Of a DNA stretch of 64,000 nt, positions 1 through 10,699 are shown in pieces; the first letter of the stretch is position 1, and every line of letters starts with the position of its first letter. Source of the stretch: Neoechinorhynchus agilis (Eukaryota > Animalia > Acanthocephala). Made by a program: the position numbers and the translations under genes. The notes under the pieces were generated by a model that worked only from the letters and a program-made list of their open reading frames with translations, ran no database searches and was not told the DNA's origin. The DNA lies in NCBI GenBank assembly GCA_051530055.1, contig CM121343.1, forward strand, positions 2,574,389 through 2,638,388. The letters are read 5' to 3'.

Positions 1-85
1 GACATCACCAAAGTTTGTCATCGTTTTAGTTAAAATCAATGAGTATGTGGAAGTGGGGAAATATTATACATCAAAGAATCACTTT

Positions 86-130
86 AATTGAAATATTTCG
101 TCCAATCACACTGGACTTCTTCAGTCAATT
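86..130 (-). ncRNA. Minimal type I hammerhead ribozyme of the Penelope-associated kind
   Basis: Minus strand reads AATTGA-CTGAAGA-A-GTCCA-GTGTGAT-TGGAC-GAAA-TATT-TCAATT: 6-bp stem I, CUGANGA core, 5-bp stem II, GAAA, palindromic AUAU mini stem III, predicted AUU cleavage triplet. Confidence 0.8.
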
Positions 131-160
131 TTGCGTCCAATCACACAAGAATTCTTCAGT

Positions 161-205
161 AATTGACTAAAGAAGTCCAGTGTGATTGGATGAAATATTT
201 CAATT
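161..205 (+). pseudogene. Mutated hammerhead copy on the opposite arm
   Basis: Same layout as 86-130 but core is CTAAAGA and stem II 3' strand is TGGAT. Confidence 0.65.
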
Positions 206-593
206 AAAGTGATTCTTTGATATATAATTTTCCCCACTTCCACATCGTTTAAGTGCTTTATTCGCTCTTGACCAAATATCGGAAATAAATCAGTGAATTT
301 AAATCAGGTCTGGAAAAACTACCAAATGAAAGTTTAGATTATATGGCGGAAATTATGAAGTAATTTATTAGTTCCGATATTTCAGCACAACCGTAAGATT
401 GTGGCTCCGAAATATTGGACCTAATAGATTGCTTAAACTTTTTCGTCATATAAAATCGTGAATAATTCAATATTAAAAAGATAATCCAATTCTCAACCTT
501 CGGGTTTAAAGAGGCGACGCAGGTTGTCTTCGTGCCCCGGAACAAAGTGGCAAAATGTGAATGAGGATTTCTAGGAACACGGGATGTTTCCTT

Positions 594-830
594 CTATCGA
601 CGTTCGATAAAAACCTCGAGACTCCCATTTGCGCAATGGATCTCTAAAAAAATATGTTTGATTCGAATGACTGAAGATATCGGATTTCGCGAAATACCAT
701 AAAAGCTTTCACTAATAATGATTCTCCGGATTATCCACCAATAATGCTCACCTGTCTTCCATGACGTAATGTCTATCTGTGATTCTTTCGGTTCAACAAA
801 AACCACGTCCGAGAAGCCGTACACCCAACG
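594..830 (-). mobile_element. Probable Penelope-like RT thumb remnant
   Basis: FSDVVFVEPKESQIDITSWKTGEHYW...SRNPISSVIRIK...IHCANGSLE resembles the PLE thumb pattern FLDV...TSVYRK..HTGxY...SxHPxS...ICS; eyeballed, degenerate. Confidence 0.35.
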
Positions 831-959
831 CGTACCGTTTCATCTCGTGCTCTTTTCTCATAGTGTTCAAGAGCGCGTGAATGGAAATGCCCACTAATGC
901 GGTTCTAATGTTCAAAACAGTTAAGGAGGAAATGTTATTATCTTTAAAGAATCGTCAGT

Positions 960-1260
960 TGTTAATTTTGCATTTTTCGGCTCCACATGAGGGTGCCGTG
1001 CCTCTGACGCTGGCCGTTTGAATTAGGTATGACCTTTGATTGCGATCACCTGTGGCCTTAATTATGAGTTTCCCCAGCTCGGCGCAGAATTTGAGAGATG
1101 ACTCACCGAATGCCCCATTCGTTTCCACACCGAAAGGAAGGAAGATGTGAGACTTGCTCAACTCCGTGCATTTTGTCATCTTCCTCCTTTGGGCCGCTGT
1201 CCCTCCCGTTATGGACGAGGTATCACTTTGGTCCTCGGAAATTTATGGTCTTTCGAACGG
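960..1260 (-). mobile_element. 3' fragment of CRE-like non-LTR retrotransposon (RLE domain)
   Basis: HIFLPFGVETNGAFGESSLKFCAELGKLIIKATGDRNQRSYLIQ matches the F.P..VET.G..G...TGD.R...L.Q motif; the QRGN segment is deleted. Confidence 0.75.
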
Positions 1261-1379
1261 TGTCGTCGTCATTATTTGCTCGAGAAATTGATTGTTTGCA
1301 GAAATGTTTGATTTAATTTTTAATTGAACCTCAATAACCTCTCACTTTTAGCAGTCGAAATGCTGAAGCTCATTTTAAG

Positions 1380-1399
1380 TTATTATTATTATTATTATT
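1380..1399. repeat. (TAT)n microsatellite, possibly a LINE 3' tail on the minus strand
   Basis: tattattattattattattt run seen directly; the tail origin is inference. Confidence 0.7.
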
Positions 1400-3009
1400 T
1401 CACGCCTCATACAACATACACACAATCAATCTCTTAATTCCTCTTTCTTGCTTGATCTAATATGTCTCGGGCCCAAGATGGCTGTGAGTTGTGGGACGAT
1501 TTTAAGTGACTTGGAAGAACACATCAACGCCGTGATGTAAAAATGGTGAAAAATACTATTTTATAGCGAAAAAAGTAAACGATGAACATCTTTACAACCT
1601 AAATAATATTACCGACTTGTCAGAGGGCAACCTTTTGTTGCCAGTTTCTTTATCCAGGAAAGTTGAACTAAAAAATGTTCAACTGAGATACTCTAAGAAT
1701 ATTACACTGTTTGATATTTAAAATAATCGCCTTTTGCTTATCTCCCTTGCGGTTGGGTCAAGTTATTTGTCGGTAATATTTTAAATTTAGTAAGCTGGTG
1801 TATTGTCGACTGATTTCTCCTTTTTTTACAATTTGAGCGGTTGAAACAAATGATTATTTTGGACCGATATTTCGGAGTTTTACTCCTACTTCAGAGTCCT
1901 GAAAAGCACACGCGATCTGCAAAGGTAGAGTTAGAAAAAGGTCAGTGAGGAAGTCAACTCATCCATTTGGTTAAGCACAAAAACGCATCTCACGTTGGCC
2001 GCCTCCTCCCTACGACCATAAGTCCCAATTTTCACCTCTTTCGAGATGAGCAATTCTTCCACAAGCAAAAGGTCCAATCGGTAGTACTTCACGGACGTCA
2101 AAAGCTTTACTCATTGCGTGGTGTTCAGCCCATGGGTGCCGCTTTTGGGTCTAACACTCTAAATAAGTGTTCAAAAATACGTGCCAATCACAGGTTGTCC
2201 TCAGAAATTAGTTTAGAAATCAAAACTTGCCTGAATGCGGAGAGAAGTCGTCGTGAGTAATTAGGAAGAAAAGAAGCGATAGAAAATGTAAATTTTCCTT
2301 TTATAGTCTGGCAGTTATTTAGAAGCTGAACCATATTCGAACTAAATTTCGTTTCTGACAATTTCATTGTAAACTTTTGGTATTCCTACCCGCCCGCCTG
2401 AACTCCATTGTACCAATCGCATGTACTTTTCTCACCCTTTCTGATAAGGTCTCAGCATTCATCACTAAAATCTCACACTTAATAGCACCTTCGTTGCTGT
2501 TGACCTGCTACGGTGATTGTTTAGGATTATTGGTTAGTAAAGAATCGTTTGCGGGAGAACTTTCGTTGGGATTGGAATGGATCGATGCAGAGGGCTGAGT
2601 TCAATGGGTAATTGCTTAATTGTCTCGGTTTGCATGAAGGTTGATGCTGATTTAGCGGACTGAAAGGGAGCTGGATTAGAGTTAAAATTTGAGTTTGATT
2701 GTTGCGGCGTAATTTGCAATGCTCCAGCAGAACAGAATCCGCATATGAAAGCACGTGATATTTAGGCTTTCTATAGCCTTCATAATTGAACAATTTTCCT
2801 GAGAGCAAGTGACGCTCAACCATCAATATGATTTTGATTTGGCCATTGTAGGAGTTACCGTGCGCGATTTATTGAGTTCAAGAGTGCGACAGTTGACGAT
2901 GAGGGATAGTTGATAGTTGACGACGAGCGATAGTCGTCCTTGACAACCGGCGCTAGTTGACATGCTTCAAATTGATTGTTAATATCTTTACAATAATTTT
3001 TTTATTCCC

Positions 3010-5600
3010 GGGCTTCCTGAGATGGATCTCTTGGAGCGCGTGATAATCATTTAGCTTGGCTAAATTTGTCGTCCCACCGCAGTTCCATTGTAGCACCCTC
3101 AGATCCCCCACAGTTACCTGAGCCATTGAGTCATCATATAATTCTGGCAGCTCCATTTGATATAAGGGATGCCGTGCTATTTTTGATAATCGAGGATTGA
3201 TTCGCGACGATGTTAGCGACGAATTTAGCGTCTGATGCCTCGAGTTCAATAAAGGAATCAGGATTTTCAGATGGGAACAGATTGGGTTCTATGACTTGTT
3301 TTTTGAAACCTTGAGGATCCAAGTCCGAATTACCAACCCTTTTACGTGCACAGTTATCCGGCCCTTTAATACATGAAGAAAGTAAATTCGGAAGATCGTC
3401 CAAATTTGTATTGAAATTGTTGTTGGAGGATACAAGGAGCGGTTTCGAGGTGCCACATTATGATCTTTACTAATAGCCAATACTTTTTGAATTCTGGGCA
3501 TCCTCTGTAGAAAGTGGAGTGTGGTCCATTGCAATTCGCTCATCGCTTATTGTTTCTGTTGGGGCAATTGTCCGATGCATAGTCAGTTTTTGCGCAATTG
3601 CTGCATCTTGGAGAAGCAAGGTGAGTGTCGAGCTGTTGGTGGCTATTCTGAAAACCGTTACTCACCCCCGTCCACACTCACTTGTGTGTCCGATCAATAA
3701 CGTCAACGTCATGGTAGCATCCTGTCCCTCCTCCTAAAAACTCATCATATGGCCTCCTTGGAAATCTCCGTATCCTGGAACTCCTTCTTACTTGCACCAC
3801 TTCTCAACTACCGCTGGACGGGGACTGATTAGCTGTTCGATCGATATCTCGCCTCTCAAGTGTCTGTGGATGCTCCCCTGTTTCCTCCAACTTGCCTGAT
3901 TGCCTACCTTTATTTCCTCCAACACTGGAACATCCGAACTCATTCCTTCCCCACCTTCCTTCCATTCACGTTCTTGTAACAAATTACCATGAATTCGCCT
4001 ATTTCATCCTTCGTCATCGTGTATGGGATACGACACTGGACCGGTGTTTCTGATTATCCTTCCAGCTTCCCATTTGCTGTTCTTTTTGAACCAAACGTTC
4101 TGTTCCGCCTTGAACGATCATTTCTCCAACTCCTCCCTTTTTTCCTCGAGGTCCACATAGTCATCTTCCATCTTGGGTGGCAACATACTGTCCAATATTC
4201 CTCTTAATATTTTACCCAATAACGCAGGTGCCTCTCCCGTGGATGAGTGGGGAGTATTCCGATACGCAAAAAGAAAATCCAGCAAATCATTTTGATATAT
4301 CTTCCCGTTTAATGCCATTGACCTCGTTTTGAAAGTGCGCACCATCCGTTCGTTTGAGGGTGATATGGACTCGCTATTGCGTGAAAAATTCCTCGCTTTA
4401 GGCAAAATTGGTGGAACTCCTCCGAAACAAACTGAGGACCATTATCAGTCACGATCTTATGAGGCATTCCGAATCTTGCAAAAGTTTCTCCTAATCGGAG
4501 CAAGAAACTGGAAGTCGTTGCATCACGTCCCAAATTGAATGTCTCAAGCCACTTAGTTGTTGCGTCTGACAGGTCCCGCCATTTTCCTTCGGTACATTCC
4601 AAGGGATCAAAGGTAACTTTGGTACATTAGGTCCGTTGCTCTGACATCTCTACGAATTTCTAACTCCATATTTGGCCACCATACTACATAACGTGCCAAA
4701 GCGCCTTCATTCCCTCAATTCCCGGGTGACCTCTGTGCAGTGCCTCGATCACATGATGCCTCAAATCCCTGGGAGCCACGATCCTATCACTGACGTGGAT
4801 ATCTGAGCTGCCTTCTGGTTTTCTAGGAGCTTATTTGTGGTCTCCATTTGCTGCTTCAGCAGCAACAACAGCTCATCTTTGTTTCCCTCGTCGCCAAATG
4901 TTGAACTGTTAGTGGCCGATTGAGACATAACTAACGTTTTTATTCTCAAAACCGTTACTCACCCCCTTGTGTGTCCGATCAATAACGTCATGCTAGCAGT
5001 GAGGACAATGTTGAGCCCAATGGCCCCATTTGCGACATAAATTGCATTGAGGAAAAATGTAGTCGTCTTGAACCGATCCTGATTTAAGCGAGAAGCGTAA
5101 TTCGAAGGGATTGCTCGCAGGAAGTCTTGACATTCTCGATTTTAGGAAAAAGTTGATTTTAACATTGAAGCGAGATTCAAAGGCCTCTCTCTTCTCATTA
5201 GAAATGCTGGGTTGCAGCCCATTAGCCAGGAACTGGAGATTCTCATTGTACCAGCGAAATAAGTTATGTGATGTATCCTTGTGATCCCATCATTATTAAA
5301 AGATCGGGCCCATGGAGTAATGATATTGTTGTACATGATATCTTTCGGCGAGATCGGGTTTGTAGTGAATGTTAAAATATGAGGCCATCTCTTGATAGGA
5401 GGAACAGAATAATTATCCTGAGAGTGATTAGATGTCTCGAAGGGAGTAATCGGTGTGGTCGATAGTTGTGCGTTGATATGCGAACAAGCTGCAGATCGAT
5501 TTGGAGAAATTAGATCGTTTGAAGATGTTGACTGTTGAAGGATATAAGTCCTCCAACAGGGGTTTTGAGTTTGAAGATGGTTTGGAGAGCAGTTGCTCTC
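3010..5600 (-). mobile_element. Degenerate LINE (I/Jockey-like): gag-like ORF1 with three CCHC knuckles plus the start of ORF2 APE; split by an LTR element
   Basis: Joining across the insertion gives CNLCRKWGHWAQHCPHLASPRCSNCAKTDYASDNCPNRNNKR*ANCNGPHSTFYRGCPEFK; ORF2 start (ATG 3126) reads LRVLQWNCGG...ALQEIHL. Confidence 0.8.
3626..4998 (-). mobile_element. Internally deleted Ty3/Gypsy LTR element (gag start plus integrase), LTRs 4899-4998 and 3626-3719
   Basis: Both LTRs are TG...CA; PBS TGGCGACGAGG next to the 5' LTR; PPT GGAGGAGGGACAGGA at 3720-3735; TSD GTGAG at 3621-3625 and 4999-5003; integrase motifs HPGIEGMKALAR, IVTDNGPQFVSEEF, SPYHPQTNG, FLFAYRNTPHSSTGEAPA. Confidence 0.92.
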
Positions 5601-5689
5601 ATAAAGCTGAGGTTATAGGAAACCTCAGGACATTGGCTGGTCGTTTGCCACCGTCCGCTGCAACAATGAATGGTTGCATCGTCACCAAC

Positions 5690-6117
5690 TCTTAGATGTG
5701 AGACCATATTCAACCTAATGGTATCGATCCTATGGCCCGTAGTCAAAGAGTGGGAACTATAGCAGAGTTCGTGTCCTGTTTCTTCAGTGAATAACGATGT
5801 TCCCTCATCCTCCTCCCAAAGTTATTTGCCTGGCCAATATAGCAGCGATCACAATTCGAGAAAGGTATTCTATATACTGCACCACCTGGACCTTCATGAT
5901 TGCTCGGACATCATTCAATTTTTAGTCAATCCCTTTCTTGTCCGGCTTATTTATTTAGGCATAAAGCCAAACCAATTACATCAGAGAAGTGATATAACCA
6001 CATAGTCTCTAATGTCGGTAGAGACTATGTCGTTGTATCACTTCTCTGATGTAATTGGTTTGGCTTTATGCCTAAATAAGCCGGACAAGAAAGGGATTGA
6101 CTAAAAATTGAATGATG
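5690..6117 (-). mobile_element. 5'-truncated Penelope-like element: GIY-YIG endonuclease with a 5' fold-back (arms 5909-6011 and 6019-6117)
   Basis: GAVYRIPFSNCDRCYIGQANNFGRRMREHRYSLKKQDTNSAIV, then (frameshift) HSLTTGHRID; about 100-bp near-perfect inverted repeat with a 7-nt loop. Confidence 0.85.
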
Positions 6118-6389
6118 ATAACAATACCGGCTTGCCAGTAAAACTTAAAAAAAATTGCTCGAACAGATCAAGCCATGGAAATTATTTCTTCATTTGGAAT
6201 AGACGAGCGTACGTTTGCTCTGGTGGCCTGTTAATAAAACTCTGGATAAACTCTAATAGAAGGAATCGTCAACTCAAGAAACACACGGTCCTTATCCGAT
6301 GTCACGTCTGTCGGCTTGTAGTAAATATCTTTTTCATGATTTTTTGAAGAATAAGCGCAACGGATTGAAGATGACCAAAGTAACAATGA

Positions 6390-6888
6390 GTCAAAGTTTC
6401 GACGGTACTTCATCCAAAAAGAAGTACTGCATTTCCATAATAGCATTTGCAAGATTAATTCGCTCAGTTCTCATGTATATAGCGTATAAAACTATCACAT
6501 CTCAGCGATAACGGAAGATGAAACAATTTTCCTTTTGCATTTTAGTAATCGTTAGGTAAATCAAAGATAAATCTGGTTATTTTGGTTACTTGTAAATACC
6601 CGAGAGAGAGAAATCGTTAAAGTCGAATGTGTATTTTGACAGATTGAATCAATCATTATGATCACAGCCACACATCATGAGAGTTCATATGACTCGGGAA
6701 CCCGAGATCGTCGGGTTCGATAAGACTAAAGTTTTCTGTATAGAACAGAGAAAATTTCATCGACTCATTAAAGAGTGCCAGGTAACAAAGCAAAAATTTC
6801 CCTCGAATTTTCGTTAGTTTTAATCTAAATACACTCAGGGAGGTAGATCTTCGCCTTTGATAATGATTCAATCAGTCGAGATCTATTA
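6390..6888. repeat. 499-bp direct repeat, copy 1
   Basis: Apparently identical to 13094-13592 (offset 6704); identical 69-aa ORFs in the track at 6662-6871 and 13366-13575. Confidence 0.95.
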
Positions 6889-8020
6889 GACTTTAGATCG
6901 ACCAAAATAATACAATGGCGAAATTCGCTTATGTTTTGTGTGGTATTTATGCCTCGGTCCTCCAATAGCACTTGAAATGTAAAATACAAGCTACGGTCGG
7001 AGAACAACTCGAAGTGCTGACTTTCGATTATGGCGTTGAGCTTAAGAAATTCGGTTTATGGTTGTTTACTCAGAATTTAATGCTTTATTTACCTACAAAA
7101 TAAATCATTGCACACAAATTCTTCATTGATAGCGCTCGCTAACCTTCACTTTTGGACTCCACATTACGAATTCGGTAACCTGTGGTGATCAACAAAGTGC
7201 TCACAGAGACGAGATAAATCATCCCGGTGGTCAATTGTAATGACCTCACTGCCTTTTCATTGTTCCGGAAGAATGATACGATGGCTTCCTTCAAGGCTGG
7301 GAAAATCATATCTGCAGCAATCTAAAATGTAAGTGATTTTTCGCCGTTTCAATATTTTTTCAACGGAAATATCCTTAATTTAAGGATATTGCAATCTCTT
7401 CTCCTTTGAAGGTCTGAGAATACTTGACTCCTCTAAGAAGTATCGGTCCCGAAAGAAACTCCTGCCCAATTCAATGACCGAATCAGAAAGGGCTCTGTTT
7501 GGATTCAGGTCAGGAGTTTATCGATATTTCAATTCGGGAAATGAGATTGCTTGCTTACGCTGATTTACCAAGGTATTCGATTTTGAAAGCGAACGCGTCG
7601 ATCGAAGATGGGAAAAATTATTGGGTTTTGTCGGCAAAGTGTCATTAATTTTTCATTTTGAAATTGAATGATTCTACAAAACATTACGAACGAAGTAGTG
7701 ATAAGAAAAGCGAATTCCAGATTCGAAATTTCGGAACGGGGATAATACGTTCGGCAGGCAAATCGAATATTAGTAACTTTTTGATTCGAATGGTTGAAAA
7801 GTGCACTATTAAATTTAAATGCTGAATGTGATTCTAAAAGTTTCAAGCGCAGCATTTCATTTACTGTAGTTAAGATTCCCATTTTGTGAAAGAAAAATAG
7901 AATCCACACTGCACAGCCAATAACGAGTAGAACCGATTTATTAAGAAAAGAGAGACATTGGTTCATTTTTGAGCAACAAAAGACCGAAATAACCGCCTCA
8001 TTCGTTGTAAACAAAAGCAT
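6390..8020 (-). CDS. Probable multi-exon gene of unknown function; exon structure not resolved
   Basis: Protein-like frames bounded by splice-like sites, e.g. IAADMIFPALKEAIVSFFRNNEKAVRSLQLTTGMIYLVSVSTLLITTGYR (7140-7322) and a hydrophobic ORF 7565-8020. Confidence 0.3.
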
Positions 8021-8071
8021 CTACTAAACGAAAGCACAATCGTTAAAGAAATTACAAAGAAGATTTATAAC

Positions 8072-9709
8072 TCACTTTTGGTTGGACTCGTCTTCACTGG
8101 TTTCAATCAACGTTTCAATCGAAGGTGGAAGTTCTTGATCTTTTCGTCTTCGGAAAAGGCGACACGACTTCATGAAGCATTTACGATTTTCTACTTCATT
8201 ACTTTTTATATCACTTAGAGCCGATCCACTTGGTGCAACATTTGCAACGGAATATAGATTTTCATCTTCCCAATCAAAACCGCAATCATTCTTAAAACCT
8301 GAACGTTTCATCAAATTCTTAAACAATGATCGCATGTAATCATAATCCGGATCTTCATAATAACCGAGTTTACGTGCGTATTCAAGATATTTACCAAATT
8401 CGTCTAAACAGAACATTTATAAATAAAAGAGTACTTTTCAAACGAAAAGTTTTATTGCCAATGACCATTTCGAATTCTCAAAAAATAGTTTGCTGCGGTT
8501 GGAGACATTGCTTAATTCTAATAAAGGCGAATGATTAACCTTCAAAGATCACCGTTTTTTAGGCCAATATAGAAATCTGTTGGCTCTCCTGCATTGTAGA
8601 CAAAATGCTCCTTTCGGACAAAAAGGTTTTTTGCCCATTTAAACGGACGAGTGTCTTACATCTCATCAAATCGTGGGTTGAGGAGAGCCCAGCAAAACAA
8701 ATGAATGTTAATCATTAATTCAAAAGGTTTAGTAAACCCAAAACAAAGATAGGAAAGTCGTCTGAGTGGAGTAGCACTGACAAATAGAATTCTATAGAAT
8801 ACAAACCTGGAAGATTAGTGCATAAATCTTTGACTGAAGTATTTATCTTTAGATCTTCGACTATATTGAATCTTTGTTTCACTGTTTCAGCAATGACATT
8901 CATCCAAGGAAGCTTTCCTTTTAAGAAATAAACAAGAAGGTACCCAAGCGATTCAAGATCATCTCGGGGGCTTTGCGTGGCTCCTCTATGAGCTTTACGG
9001 CTCATAAATCGCAAGGTACCTAAGGCTGGTCCTCGATCTCTATAATCGAAATATTTTCCAGTCTTTGTGCTTCTGTAATAACAAGCAAGACCAAAATCAA
9101 TTAAGTAGATTTTCCGTTTTAAATGAGATCTCCTTCCAATTACTAGATTCTGCGGTTTTAAGTCGCGATGTACCAAAGATTTTTCATGGACAAATTTTAG
9201 CCGCTCGAGACATTGAACGGCTATCATACAGACTGTTTGCAAGGTACTGGAACCGTTGTTGACCATTTTCAAAGAAACCAAATTTCGGTCAACAGCAGTT
9301 TCTTAAATGATCGACCGCAGTGGCTATAAAGTGATTCAAGGTCTTCGCCCAACAATTCAATTGTCATGGCATTGTTTTTATCAAACCTGCCATAATTGTG
9401 CACTTTCGGAAATCCATTATCGTACCCTCCAAGTATTTGATAGATTTTATATTCCTTGAACAGTTTTGAATTTCGTTTATCTGCTTTTTCGACCTTCATT
9501 GCCATCTCCTCGCTTGTTAGCATATTTTTGCAAAGATAAACCGTCCCAAATGCACCACTGGAAATTTTTGATATTAAACGATATTTGTTTTTGAGGTCAT
9601 CAACCAATTTAAATCTCTCGTTTTCTTGAACTCCGTCACGTCCACTAACTTCAGAGCTACTGCTCTCTTGTTCGTCGTAAAGGCTGGAGAAAATTGGATC
9701 ACGAAACAT
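8072..9709 (-). CDS. CSNK1: Casein kinase 1 family kinase; exons 9709-9306, 9246-8807, 8403-8072
   Basis: KISSGAFGTVY, MAMKVE, ELLGEDLESL, VHRDLKPQN, LIDFGLA, GTLRFMS, SPRDDLESLGY, GKLPW, EDPDYDY...FDWE; intron 2 is GT-AG, intron 1 is non-canonical. Confidence 0.95.
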
Positions 9710-10699
9710 GGAGATGAGTTTCACGTCAATGTGTTTGCGAGTGCGATTCTCTGTTCGGGTTGATCTTTTGGCGATTTCGTTGCCATGGTTACGCTTCAAC
9801 GATAATTCGAGTTCTTCGAAAACGAGCACCCTACCCAAATATTAAATTACGATTAACTTTTCTTTACCAGACTCAGTTGAATTCAGGCGAGGAAACCATA
9901 TTAAGAAATCGATGACTGAACAGTAAATCCACATCTTTGTGGGTCGTTTTCAAGTTTGTTGGTGCCGTAGTTACGTCTCGTCCAAACTCAAATAGAGTTT
10001 TGTTTTATCCTCACAACATTACAGTTAGACGTCCTATAAAAAATGAGAATTATATGTTGAAATTTAAAAAGAAGATTTGGGACAATTCACTCCAGCCTCA
10101 ATTACAAAATACCTTTTAGCAATGAGGATTTTCGTGAAAATAATCGTCAATATCTACGTGCCTATCAGATGAAATGTATTTCGGTCGCAAATTTAATAGA
10201 TTTTTTATCTTTATTTTTTTTAGGGTGGGTAAAGACTTATTTTCGGAAATGCTTTAGGATTCATCAGTCTGCCATAATGATCCGTCGAGGATAGTAGCTT
10301 TCTTTATGTTTTACCCGCCTTAAGAATTAGATCAAAATGACTTTAAAGCCATTAAGGCCTACGCGAAGGTCGAAAATTATCAAATAAATAAATCAATTAT
10401 TATAATTCGCTATAAAAGAGTTAACTTTTCGTCTATAAAAAATTTTGTACCAAAATAATGAAAGTACGGTCTATGCGATCCTCTGTTCGGCGACAGTTGA
10501 TGTATCTGTACCCCGGGGATCTTTTTCCATAAAGTTTCATTCACATGTCAAAATAATCGATATTTGATTACATCCTTCCCTCGTGCCAGCGATCTTCAAA
10601 GTGAGTTGATTTTGGTTTTGAAGGCAAGGAGGTAAATTGATGCATATTTTGTGCAGAGGATCACATGAAATTTTAGTGTTCAATCAAGTGAAATACTAT

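Larger units (their letters stand above)
45..245. repeat. Fold-back inverted repeat, arms about 85 bp (45-130 and 161-245), 30-nt spacer holding a partial third copy
   Basis: ATGTGGAAGTGGGGAAA...CAGTCAATT at 45-130 is the near-perfect reverse complement of AATTGACT...TCCCCACTTCCACAT at 161-245. Confidence 0.95.

Noticed and set aside
2380-2940. Second LINE 5' fragment (EILVMNAETL resembling an APE start)
   Set aside because: Single weak motif with many stops; not supportable.
10225-10275. Hammerhead-like CTGATGA...GAAA on the minus strand
   Set aside because: Stems II and III do not pair.
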